Origin: Lophium mytilinum
Lineage: Eukaryota
Direction: 5' to 3'
DNA: 64,000 nucleotides
Assembly (NCBI GenBank): GCA_010093605.1
Contig: MU004194.1
Coordinates: forward strand, 1,402,323-1,466,322
The position numbers and the translations under genes are program-made. The notes beneath the pieces were generated by a model. That model had not been told where the DNA came from and did no database searches. It saw only the letters and a list, made by a program, of their open reading frames with translations. Below, in pieces: positions 38,727 to 51,342 of this stretch (the first letter of the stretch is position 1; each line of letters opens with the position of its first letter).

Positions 38727-39301
38727 TGTGACCGTGTGAGGTGAGCACAGCTATGGTAGCCTGGGATGAATTGATGAGATTGGAGCGGCTCTGAGTGTAA
38801 ATATTTATATGGTGGAAGGCGTTTGGGTTGTGTGCTGGCTTTATTTTGTAAGTGTGGACGATGTGTTAGAGGGAGTGATCGTAGGGCAAACGGGAAGCTG
38901 AACATGAGGTCGCGATCTAGATATGGTCACGAGCGGCGTCGTTTGTACGCCGACAACGGGAGATCGAGCGACCTCAGGACTGTAAACCAGAATGGTAAGT
39001 GCACCGAGGAGAGTGTCGTGATGGATCGAGCTAACTATGAGTAGAGAATCCACCGTCACACGCTAGATTCTGTCTCATGCGATCGTGTGTACACCTGTCT
39101 GCCACTGCTTCAAGTGCTTCCATAAGTTCCCGTATAATCCAAGCTAAGAGTTTTTATCTCGTTGATATCTTTCAAAGATGTATTAGAGCGCCATCAGCAG
39201 CGGTAGGCAGGTGTGTGGAGCATTAAAGGCAAAATGCTTGCGAAGTGTACTACCTTCTCCATGCCCAGCGTGCGTAGGTTCGAAAAAAACACCAGTATCA
39301 A

Positions 39302-41472
39302 TTACCCTATCAACCCATCACTTCTCTTGATCGACCTCTTTAGCAAGGCCCTTTGACCTCGAATCTTGCATCTTCCGCGCGCTACTTCCTCGGTAAGATG
39401 TTCGTTGTAGTTGTTAGTCAACGAGGAAGCGATGATTGCAAGACAACCAAACGCAACGACCGCATACCAGACGTACCTAGAATCTGGGTCAGCACAATAT
39501 TTTTCTCAGTATTCCTCGGACGGCTGTGCACTTACCTGAACGACCGTGCAGAAGCATCCGCCGTTGCTGTCCCAACCGCCAGAACGATGTTCGGTGTAAT
39601 CCCCGGGACATCAGTGAAATTCCCAGTCGCTGTATCCATCAACAGCGTCGGGAGCGAAGACGCCGGGAGTCCGTTGTCCGAAGCTGCTTTCGATACCAAC
39701 GTAGGCGTGATACTAGCCAGCTTGCTATTCAGAATAGCAACATAGATAGCCGTGGCACACGTCGCAGCGGTACTTCGGATCGACCCAAGCGCCCCCAAGG
39801 CCGCACCTAGATCCTCTGGAGGACAGCTCAGAGGCGTCAACACTACAGCGATACATTCAAGCACCCCAACACACCAACACGCTGTGAACATAAGACCACA
39901 TCCCAGTGACACGCTTCCCGGGCCCACGGCGATCATCGCGCCCGCCATCGCAGTGAGCAGGCAGCACGTGAAGAAGAGCAGGCCGCGTTGGTACGGGATC
40001 CAGTGCAGCATCGGACCTGCCATGAATTGCCCGAGTTGTGTACCATTACCAACCATCGACGCGAGCAGAGCTTGGTGGATTGGGCTGCCGCCGAAGAGGC
40101 TGGCGATTTGGGAAGGCCACAGGATAATCATCGAGTAGTATACACAGCTGCCGACGGAGGCCGCACCGATGATGGCGGCGAAGCCGCGGGATTTGAAGAG
40201 GTGCATCGGGAGGAGCGGGTCGCCTTTGTGGTAGACGTCGTAGACGATGAAGACGATTATGCAGAGGGTACCAACGACGATTGTCGCGATGACGTGGGCG
40301 GATTTCCAGGGGTAGGCGCCTGTGGAGTCATGCCGTTAGTGTGGTTCATGGACAGCGGCGAGAGAATATATGTGGAGTAGTTTGGAGGAAGTGTGCTTAC
40401 TGCCGCCCCAATTCAACCCAGTCAAGAGCAGGATGAGTCCGAGAACGTAAAAGAACAGGCCAACGAAATCGAGGCGCTTGATTTGTTGCCATTTGGTGCG
40501 GTTGGTGTGCAAGAGATGGAAGTTTGGAGGATGGTAGCAAACGAAGAGCAGGGTAAAGACAAGCCCTATCGTGGGTGTTAGTAGATGAAAAGATAAATTC
40601 TCTTGAGTCTTTCCAGCTTCAAGACTCACCGGACACGATGAGGCCCAGGTAAAAAGCCCATCTCCATTGGAGGGCCGTGTCTGTTCTCAATGCTGCAGCG
40701 ATAGGAGCTCCAAAGCCAATGGTTGGAAGTGCCGAAGCGAAGATCAAGCTGCACCAAAGGTCTCGGTGGTTATTGGGAACAACTGCAATGTCTTAGCGCC
40801 AGAGAACTGGTATCTTGAGGAGTTCCACGGAGGAGTCTTACGCTCGCAGACAGCCGCTGCAAAAGAAATCTGGATCGCAGCTCCAAGACCGCTATGAGGC
40901 CAACATTAGTATAGTTCGGAGATTCTTTCCCACCGTCCGACTTACTTGAAGACGTTTCCTCCAACGATAGTGTTGACCGTCTTTGCCGTCCCACCCAATA
41001 TTGTTCCGATTATAGCGAAGGCATTACCAATGATGAAGAACCACTAAGTAAAGGTAGCATTAGCTGGTGAGTACTCCAAATGGGGGACGTGAGGTAGCCC
41101 TACTCTCCTTCCAAAGATGTCTGAGAATCTGCCAACCAAAAGGAACGAGACGGATAATGATAACGTGTACGCAAGTGGGACCCAGAGCAGATTTGAGGAA
41201 GGACCAATATCCTTATTGATCTGCGTTAGGGAATAGGACGAGAGGACGTAACCTAGATTGGCGCTGTTGTATCCCAGACACAAGGCAAGGATGAGCCCTA
41301 GGAACCGCCAGTTTTTCCAATATCCAGGGCCAACATTGGTCCCTAGGGCCTCTTCCGAGATGTGAAAAGTATCCGTATGAACAGCGACGTGCTCTACTGG
41401 TTTGTGGACTGATATCTGGTCGATATACTCGGTCTGGCCAGCAGTTTTCTCAACATTGTCGGTGGACGCCAT
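39302..41472 (-). CDS. MFS transporter, Tri12/ARN (trichothecene efflux / siderophore transporter-like) family
   Basis: GRFSDIFGRRWFFI, WRWAFYLG, CYHPPNF, KRLDFVG, GLNWGG, YPWKSAHVI and EDLGAALG across about six GT-AG introns; possible frameshift in the last exon. Confidence 0.88.
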
Positions 41473-43245
41473 TGCAAATCAGGAAGTCAAATTCAGAAGT
41501 ATGGACGACGTTCTGAGAAAACTGGTGGAAGCTCAGGGCGAGGGATTTTCTTATTCAATATAGATCTCATTGACTGGATGTCTAGGCCTTTCCCAGGGAA
41601 CCCAAAAGGCGGGGAAGAGGAACCCGAAGATCTGGCATTATTAGGAAAAGAAGGGCTAGATGTGCTAATGCAGTTAAGAAAGGCTTAAAAACATCTACAA
41701 GTACTGATAAGCTTAGCCTAGCGTAAGGAGAGTGTTGCGAAGCCTATGAGATGCCAGGAAAGTCAGCCCGGCTGCATGGTCTCGGTAGTGACTAGATACA
41801 CATCAATGATAGCAAATGTAAGAAGACATTCTGTGAGACTCGTTTAGCCAGTATCCCGCCAATGTGATCCAGGGGGTTGTAAAGGGCCTGATGATAGTGG
41901 CCTAATTGGTTGAAAGATTGAACTACCATCCTCAAAGTAGCTCTATCTGCACTAATCATCGACAGGAGATGGTTAGCCAAAATTTAGCTGAGGTGTAGTT
42001 CTTCGCTCATGGCCACGAGATCTGAGAATAGCGGGGAACCCCTGGGGAAAGCGTCGCCGTCGCGAGCTTTGACTGGTGATTTCGCGGAACGTCGGCACGA
42101 GCTGGCATAGAGTAGTTTGATGGCGTTCTAGTCGTCGAACTCCCTTTATCATCTAGCGCAATGAGTCAGTAGAACTGTTTCGCCGCAAAACGGCCGCTTG
42201 CTGATACAGTCTTGAGTCTCCCAATGATGGAGCATGCTGGTAGCGTACCCGGTCCCGAAGGAAGCTATTCTAAATCTCTCCATTCGCTAAGAGATCACGT
42301 GGTCTATCAACATCACTTCACTTCATATCGTCCCGCCCGCCACTTAAGGTAGAGGACCAGTCTACAGAAATCATAGAATCCTCCCGATGTGTGAAACAAA
42401 CTTCATAGATAGAATACCATCGTTAAGCTCCCTAATACCCAAGGGTGTAGGTGTCTCAATGTCTATATAATCTCGAAAGAAGTTCCAGGAGGATCTGTCA
42501 AAATGCGAGAAGCGAAGGGTACCGCTGGGTTCCTTTCTCGATTGAATTCCATTACTGTCATCTAGATCGAAGTCCCAAGTTCCAAGATCTGCCCAAGTTC
42601 TACTCAGAAGTCCGAACTTTCCCCATCATGGAATGCGAATTCGACCTGGATGCAACAAATCATGAGAGCAAGAGCGGTGAAGGCAAAGTCACGAGGCAGT
42701 TTGACATGCTAAAAGCTTGCGCAAATCCCACGGCCCTGTTTGCGCTGTCTTCACGAGCTCAGATGTAGACGATGTCAAGGATGAAGCGGTGGAAACTGAG
42801 CTGCCTCTTGACAGACCGGTGACCTGGCATTGGGGCTACTCCTGACAGCATTGTTCAGCAAGCAAGAGCGTCGACCCATGGAGCCAATCTTGAGGTCTAC
42901 GAATGTACGAGTCGAAAGCTCCTCTTCGACCGCTACTCCACTTCATTTCCTCCCCCGTTCACCAGACCTATCTCTTCCCCATATTCACCATATTCAACGC
43001 GCCCGGCCTTCCTTCCTTCACCCAACAACTTCATCCGCCACCTTCACTCAGCACCAACCTCAACACCACACTCTATAAACCTCGCTTTCCGCCCTTCCTT
43101 TCTTCTCTCTTCGCCATCGCGTCGCCGGAAGCCGCCACTGACACGTCGTGGAGCAAAAGCTAATCGCTGAACCAGGTGCAAGCCCCGATAACAGTACTCT
43201 CGAATTAACGCATTCATCTTCCAACGACAAAAGCCAACCGCAAGC

Positions 43246-44082
43246 ATGTCCAACCGCAACACGTCTTCTCCATCCGGCGCTTCTTCGAACGATGCTGCGT
43301 CCTCCGGCCCATACAACGCTCGCCTTCGCACTGCAGCCGCCCCTCTAGGTGCTGGCCAGATCGACCTCTCCAGTGTCCCTCTTGATCCACGAATCCCCCG
43401 CGGTCCAGCTCCAGGTGTAGCTCAGGGTGCTCCTCCAGCCATGACGCAAGGTATGTACAAAATCGTGTCTGGTAGATATCGTTCTATACTAACATTACCT
43501 ACAGACAACAGCTTCCCGGGCGCCAGTAACCCCGATGGCATCTCCAAGAACAACCAAGGCCCCGCTCAAGGTCTCTTCCAAGCTCCTCGAGTCAACTCAT
43601 CATCGCACGGTACGCAAGGAACCCGCCTGAGCGACACTCGATCTTGCTAATAAACTCCATAGGCAACGCCACCGCCGGGCCCTCTAATTCTGCTCGATCT
43701 GACCCCAAGCCTGCACGTCAGCTTGCCGCGCCAGTCGTCCCTAGCATGATGGCGGCCAGCGCCATAGCCAGCGCCGCGCACCAGTCTGGACTCACCACAG
43801 CTCCTCGGGAATGGGAAGGTACGCGCAAAAACCTCTTCACACCTGCCTGCTTTGTGCGCGTTTTTGCTAACGCTATTCACAGACCCTGCAAATACGCAGC
43901 TGGTCTTCATGCCCTGGGGCCAGGCGGTCATGGTGTACGCGCCACCCCCTCGACCTCTCACCCCCGGCCAGACGATGCCGCGCGCTCCAGAAGAGGAGAA
44001 GGAGAGCAACGAGAAGATGGAGGTAGAGTACCTGCTGTCTCTGGCAGAGGGTCGGGACTATGAGGAGGAGACCGAGGAGTGA
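43246..44082 (+). CDS. Hypothetical low-complexity protein, four exons
   Basis: Canonical introns at about 43451-43504, 43609-43662 and 43819-43882 with CTAAC/CTAAT branch points link the ORF pieces; TATA-like at about 43073; acidic C-terminus. Confidence 0.55.
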
Positions 44083-44240
44083 ACGGGCGGTCAGGGCACG
44101 GAGGTCTGAGGTCTGATTTGAAGACGGTTTGGCGGATTGATAGGGGAGAGAGTCTATATCAGGTTGTCAGCGGAAGGATACGCTGGATGTCTTTGAATTA
44201 GGCATATCATGAGAGGGTTTTGAAGATGCCTACGAGGCCG

Positions 44241-45095
44241 TTTTACCCCCTGAGTAGTTTTCATGCAAGTGAACCTTGATGTCAAGATCGTGAAGCTGTG
44301 AATTGGGGTTTTGTAATCGAGATGTTGAACATGAAAGTATATTTCTGAGACTCGGAATCAAGGTTGTAAGGGGAGAGTTTTGACGAAGTATTTGCAGATA
44401 TAGGCACCCCACAGCCATTCAAAAGAAATCTAACATCGATGTCATTTCTTAAGGCTAGATATCGACACCGTAGAACGGAGCAATGACTATTCACGTTGTT
44501 TTCCTGTGATTCCAAAACAAGACTGTGACATCGAAGTCCTAACGGAGTGCTAAGCACACTAAGACACCCCACGGCCATTCAATGGAAATCTAACATCGAA
44601 GTCATTTCTTGAGGCTGAGAATCAAAATCGCGGAATGGAAGCAATGAAAAGTACGGTTATTTCCGAAGACTTCAAATCAAGACTATGATATTTGAGTTTT
44701 GACGGAGTGATACAAACACTAAGACACCCCACAGTCATTCAACAGAAATCTAACATCGATGTCATTTCTTAAGGCTGGAGATCGAGACCGTGGAATGGGA
44801 GCAATGAAAACTAACGTTAATTCCCGAGAGTTCAAATCAAGACCATGATACCGAAGTTTTGATGGAGTGGTAGAAATACTTAGACGCCCCGCAGCCATTC
44901 AAAGAAAATTTGATATTGATATCATTTCTTAAGGTTAAAGATCGGGAGTGTGGAATGAAAGCAATATTGATCGCTATCATTTCTCGAAAGTTCAAATTTA
45001 GACCAAGATGTCGAAGTTTTGATAGATTGGTGAGAACACTGAGACGCCTCCTGACCTTCCAGACGAAATTTGACATTGATGTAATTACCCGAGCA
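44241..45095. repeat. Diverged tandem array with 160-bp period, about 5.3 units
   Basis: Anchor AGACACCCCACAGCCATTC...AAATCTAACATCGATGTCATTTCTT recurs with units starting at 44401, 44561, 44721, 44881 and 45041, plus a degenerate unit at 44241. Confidence 0.92.
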
Positions 45096-45855
45096 TTTGT
45101 ATCATATCACAGGATTTACATACCACGTTGATCACACCATATTACCTCCGTAGCACCTACGCCGGTCGCAAATGCTTATGCTTTCCACGCAATCCTCATA
45201 GTACGGCAGCGCAACATGCGGTCCGCGCATCACAATAAGGCCCCTCAGGACTCCATCCTGCTGCTGGCTTCAACCAGATCGCGTCGGTAGACAGAGAGAC
45301 GCAGCGCTCACGTCTTGTGTAGTTGAATGAAAGGGGGTTTCGGAATGATTTACGAAGTACTCTCCCCCTGTTTTCGGGCCGAAGGTGGAGCCGTCGGGAG
45401 TGCGTACCCCGCGTACCCGCTAGGACGCGTCCCTTACAAAGGCACCCTGGGGCCTCCTCAACTATCCAGCTTCCTACATCAGTACTTACTACAGAAAGAG
45501 GGCCAATTACTTACTTACTAGTACATGTTTACAAAGAATGCAGAACTTGGGCTAGAGATCTTTAACAGTAAGTCAAACTATACACCGTGTCGAGAGCATC
45601 TCATTCCTACCAACGGAGCTTGCATGGCTGCAGGCAAACCACTACAAAACCAGACCACAAGTCCGGGCGCACAGATCTATCACTGCCTGGCCAAGATGTT
45701 GCTCGCCGGACACCACTGTAAGGGGTAGCCTGGTTCCAAAGCATTTTCTTAGTCAAGAGGTAGTCTAATCTGAACTGCTGAAACCTCAACATTGCCTTTG
45801 GATCCTCGAAATCCTGTGGGGTAACCCCAAGCAGTGGCAAAGTAGTATCCGCAGA

Positions 45856-48541
45856 CTAATGGTATGTCGATGTAGGTTCACTGGAAAGCTCAAATGGCCC
45901 CGATGGCCCGCCGTCCGGCTCTTTCTTTATCGAGCTTTGGTCCAGAACCAGCAAGAGGTCTTGATAATCGGAAGCCGAAGCCATGTCGTAGGGAGTCTTG
46001 CCCGCTTTGTTTGCTCGAAAAGGATCTGCACCTCGTTCGCACAGGAACCTGGTCACAGTAGCGCGGAGATTCAGATCCCACCAGTATGAGCCCGTCCAAA
46101 AGGTGACAGCTTGATGGAGTACCGTTCCACCGGACGTCTCGTACGGCGCATTGACGTCCCAGCCGTGCTGGAGCAAAATGTTCAAGATCGCAGTTATACG
46201 GGTGGGGACGAATTCCTTCTCAGCCTCCGACAAAGTTTTCTTCAACCATGAGCGGTTCATCAATTGCCCAGCCAAAGTCGACCATGTTTCTGGCTCAGAT
46301 GGCTTGGCGCCGTTCGCAATCAGAAACGCAACCATTTCGACTTGTCGAGCGCCAATGGCAAACTTCAAGGGCGCGAGGCTTGTTGAGTATCCATACGGGG
46401 CTTCGTTGATGTTAAAACTCGAGCCTATGAGGCGCCGCGCCATATCAATCTCGCCGAAGAGTGCGGCGAAGTGCAGCGCTGTTACGCGTTCAGGACGGAC
46501 GTGTTTGCGCAACTTCGACCGCCAAAAATCTTTCTTCCTGTTGAGAAGACTGGCAAAAGCTGAATGGTCACCGTCGCAGACAGCGTCTTCTATCCGGTCT
46601 TTAGGTTGACATCCGATTCTATCGAGTATCTCCTTCCGAGACAGATTGTTGCCTTTGAACATTTCACTTCCTTCTGGAGGTTCGCCCGGGCTCAGAGCTG
46701 CGGCACCTGCTATTCCTGGGTTTGCGGAGTAATCTTCGTTCGCTATTTCCTTCTCCATGGCTCTCGACTCCCTTCTCTCCCTCGGCGACAAAAGAGATGT
46801 CACCGTAACGGACTGCAGATCCTCTAAGCCTGCACTGTTTGACGGTATGCACTGGTGTATTTGGCGAAGACTGGCAACTGGCGATTGCGAGATCATTGTA
46901 GATCCAGGGCCGTAAGGACGGGCCCCCGTGGGCTGCGCGATAGAAGACGCGGAGAGCCTGTTTTGGATGCCATTCATCGCCAGATCCGAGTATTCCGCAA
47001 TCGACTGAGGTATTATTGGCGAAGAGTCTAGACGGTCCAAATTTGTTCCCAGTGACTCTTCGACATTCCTCAGGACGTCGCTTTTGCGTTCTTCTGGGAT
47101 CATGGCCAGGCATGATTTTGCGCGAGCACGGTTGTTGAGCAAGACATATATGTGTGCCATGAGCGCCGTTGACTCCAACGAGGCATCGCTCCGCTTGCCC
47201 AGTAACCGCCTTCGGGCCTGTAAAGCCTTCTCACACTCAGATCGTGCACGGTCGATCTGGCCCATGCGGATGTATAGAAGCGACAGCAGGTGTGCGGCGT
47301 CGTAAATGTACCCGCGCTGTTCATCGGATCTCGCTGACTGTTGGACTAAACTCATGAGAGCTTCTTCGGCATCCGCAGGCTTTTGCGTGTGATACGCACA
47401 AACAGCAAGTTTATACTGTAGGTCGAAGATGTCGCAGAATGCTCGTTGTTGCTTCGGAAGCTGTTGTAGCATTCGTAGAGCTTCCTGGAGCAGAGAATCG
47501 GCCTCCTCCCATTCTCGCGCCTCGAAAGCTTTCGTGCCGGTTTCTAGCGCAGCTTTCGTGAGGTCGGTATCCAAATCATCCTCAGAGTCGTTTCCTACTG
47601 CATCGGCAACCTCGCGTTCCTGTACAGCACTCTGTACAGACGTTGCGCTCGTCACGACGGTATGCGCTCCATCTCCAGAAAAAACAGAGGGGACGTTGGA
47701 AACGACATCCGAGGGATCTGAACGTCGCTGATCCCGGCGTATAAACTCCAGAGTACTCACCCATTCCGCTACGCGAATATTGCTATTTGCTGCTCCTGGG
47801 CCTCCAGCGACAGACTCCGCAGCAAGACTTCCCTCATACGTGGTCGTGCCTTTCGCGACAAGTTCACGCGCACATTGCAATAGAGTGGCCTCAGTACGGG
47901 AAGCTCGCGACTGCTGATTGGGTTCCGAAGATCTCTGCAGCTTTTCGATCATATCTTGCAAAATGTTCAACTCCTGGGCAAGCCCCCGATCAGCTCGACC
48001 TGGTGCATCGCGCGCGAGTACCCTGTAAGTGAGGTTAGCGCCATCAAATTTCAACCAAAAGCGAGGCTCACATATTGATCAACAGCAGCGTAGTACTCAA
48101 GTTGTCGGTGTGCCTAAGAACCTTCATCCTGATGCTTGCAATTTGGTCCTTGCTTTTGTCCAGCTTCCACTGACGCTGAGCCTGGCCGATGAAACTAGAC
48201 TCTTCCTCTCTAACGTTTCTGACAAATAGCTCTAGCTCTTGCGTTGTTCGACTGCTCTCCTCGACTTGCGTGGCGAGACAACTCCACAGCCTGCCATCGA
48301 CATCATAAGGCGGAGGCGAGCCCGTTTCGCTCTTGCTTATTACCTCTTCCAACTCAGCATATACATGGTCGCACTCATTGCCAAGCGACTTGACCTCCTC
48401 TGCCAGATTCTTGACCGTGGTATCGACGATTCTGGCATCCTGATCGAGCCTCGAGAGGGACACTCCTAGCTTCCAAGCTGCTTTGCTCAGCGAGAGGACA
48501 GCAGAAGCTGTACCCAGCGCCGTCAGCGGGGTAACTACCAT
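45856..48541 (-). CDS. HeLo-like (fungal STAND N-terminal) + TPR + ankyrin repeat protein
   Basis: Exon 1 MVVTPLTALGTASAVLSLSKAAWKLGVSL...VKNLAEEVKSL resembles fungal N-terminal helical domains; intron 48023-48071; TPRs (WEEADSLLQEAL, ARSECEKALQARRRLLG); ankyrins (VTALHFAALFGEIDMARRLI, GGTVLHQAV, GADPFRANKAGKTPYDMA). Confidence 0.8.
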
Positions 48542-49363
48542 AACTGCTGATTGGTGCGCACGATGTAGTGAAAAGGCTGGGGCGATACACTCCGCAATTC
48601 GCGAAGAGCCCAGATCAGAGAATGCAAGACTCAAAGCTTAGGGATCGCTGGCTACCATAGAAAGAGATGTTACGGCTAGCAAGGGGACAGCTGGCAGACA
48701 CTCTCAGTTGGCCCGGCAAGAACCTGCAGACGCGACACGTTCACGTATGCGCCTTATCAGGCGGTATCACATTACCTTCGTAGGTGGCGCACGGGATTAT
48801 GCGTGTCCTACTGTGCCACTTCGGGACGAGAAGTCTAGAATCTGCCGTCCCACTTCAAATGGACGACGCATACAGCAAGGCTGTGGTCCAGCCTTGCGCA
48901 CGTAAAGTCGATGGCATTTCATGGAGACTGCCATGAAGATCTCAATACCGGAACCACAAGACTCCCAGGAGCCTAGGGAGTCGAGCGATACTAAATTCGA
49001 GTAAGTTACCTCTTGCACCGTACCGTCTACGTCTAGAGATACGGTCGGCAAAGTAGGAAAAGGGCGTTACGGCCCCCGTCCGGGAGACGCTAGGGGCTAC
49101 GCCTCATGCGCCTCTAGCGAAGGCGGAGCATATGCGTCCGCTTCCGGCCACCTATTTCCCTAGCTTCAGTTAAGAATAGTACAGATATCTGATCGGCTCA
49201 GCCGATTCACTTTCGCTTCCTCCGCTCTTCAACAGTGTTCCTGGAGCATCACCCTCGCTCATCGAACAGAATTGACAAACTTTTGCGACATCAACCAGGA
49301 GCTGTACTAGTAAAAGATAAAGCATTACCCGGTTGAGAAGTACGTGCACGACTTCTATTCCCC

Positions 49364-50975
49364 ATGGCGGAAGCTATGAAGTATCCAACGACTAGGGATA
49401 ACCTCGTCGAGCCTAAGGTGGCTGAAAGACCCACGGGATGGAAATACAAGAGCTCGAAACTCGGGCCCGTCACTCTTCCTTGGTATGCCTCGCCTGAGTC
49501 GCAGTTGATCTTGGTGTCGTTAGTGTGCTTCCTATGCCCAGGTAAGGCCGTGCAACTCACTCAACACCTTCCTTCAGATAACTGACTACGAGAAGGGATG
49601 TTCAATGCCCTCAATGGCCTTGGTGGCGCAGGGCAGCTTAGCAAGAACGCCTATGCTAGTGACGCCTCCAACTCCGCGCTCTACGCTACATTCGCGGTCG
49701 TCGGTTTTTTCGCTGGCACTGTCACCAATGCGGTCGGCATTAGATTCGCCCTTTCATTCGGCGGCCTTGGATACTGCGTCTACGTCAGCTCCTATCTATG
49801 CTACAAGCATACTCAGAACCTTGGCTACATTGTTTTCGCTGGCTGCTTACTTGGCTGCTGTGCAGGCATTTTGTGGTCTGCGCAAGGTGCGATCATGATG
49901 TCGTATCCACCAGAGAAACTTAAAGGCCGATTCATCTCCTGGTTCTGGATGATCTTCAATATGGGCGCTGTTATTGGCAGTCTGGTCGAACTTGGCCTAA
50001 ACTTCGGCAACCATGACAACAGCACTGTCAGCGACGGCACTTACGTCGGCTTCTTGGTCCTCACATTTCTCGGAGCCTGCCTATCCTGGACGCTGGTTGA
50101 TGCCAAGCACGTCGTGCGTCGCGATGGGTCCAGAATCATTCTAATGAAGCACCCGACGTGGAAAACGGAGATCTTCGGCCTTTGGGAGACACTCTGGAGC
50201 GATCCCTACATAATCCTCCTCTTTCCAATGTTCTTCGCCTCCAATTGGTTCTACACATACCAGTTCAACGACGTCAATCTTGCGCGGTTCGACACACGCA
50301 CTCGCGCACTCAACAACACACTCTACTGGCTGGCTCAGATGTTCGGGGCGCTCATCTTCGGCTTTGCGCTAGACTTCCCTTACGTCAGGCGGACCACGCG
50401 AGCTAAGGTGGCTTGGGTTGTCATGTTCGTCCTTACCTTCGCGATCTGGGGCGGCGGGTATGTTTTTCAGCGAAAGTACACTCGCGAGGATACTAAAAAG
50501 AAGGACCCCTTCTTTTACGACTGGAACTCGGAGGGCTATGTGGGGCCGATGTTCTTGTACATCTTCTACGGCTTCTACGACGCTGCCTGGCAAACGTGCG
50601 TGTATTGGTGAGCAATTCTGAGTGCATAATCTACTGATTGGACTTCGCTGACTTGAAGCTAGGTTTATGGGTGCCATCAGCAACAATGGTCGCAAGCTTG
50701 CCAACTTCGCGGGCTTCTACAAGGGCATCCAGTCGGCAGGCGCAGCGATCATCTGGCGGCTGGATGGCTTGGGGAGCCCGCCGCCGTATATGAATCTTTT
50801 CGCTTCGTGCTGGATTCTGCTGGCCGGCAGCTTGGTCGTTGCGCTCCCGGTTATGCTTCTAAAGATCAAGGACACTGTACCGGTTGAGGAGGACCTCAGG
50901 TTTACGGACGAGACCATCGAGGACGTCATTGGCCATGAAGTTGTCTATGACCTCCCTAAACGGGAGAGGGTGTGA
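49364..50975 (+). CDS. UNC-93-like MFS transporter
   Basis: VCFLCPGMFNALNGLGGAG, WSAQGAIMMSYP, LLFPMFFASNWFYTYQFN and AGFYKGIQSAGAA; introns at about 49542-49595 and 50608-50662. Confidence 0.9.
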
Positions 50976-51342
50976 GCGATTTCTTTCAAGAGGAGATTTC
51001 ATGTCTAAGATCTTCATGATAAGGCTTACGATGGTAATAAGGTTTTAGATAATGGAATTAATGAAATGCTAAACAGTTGTTAGTACGCCTTCACGATATA
51101 CATTTACAAACCAAACCCCTGTGTACACTCGTTTGCCATTGCCAAGAGTGTCCCAATGGGGTGACCACAACGTATGCGTTGTATAAATCTTCAGACAGCG
51201 TAATCTGAGCTTCCTCTTCACTAAGGTGTATCCTCGCAACGGGACCGCCCTAACCGTGACATTCAGCTCGCAAAAGCGACACTCAAGCAGTGATATCCGT
51301 GTGCCCAGACTTATGGCCTAGTACTGTAGCTGTCTCCTACTC

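Noticed and set aside
44241..45095. CRISPR-like interpretation of the periodic array
   Set aside because: Whole units are homologous, so there are no unique spacers; the context is eukaryotic and no cas genes are present.
45500..45845. Small exon-like segment and short ORFs next to the TPR/ANK gene
   Set aside because: No coherent gene model or recognisable domain; at most a remnant.
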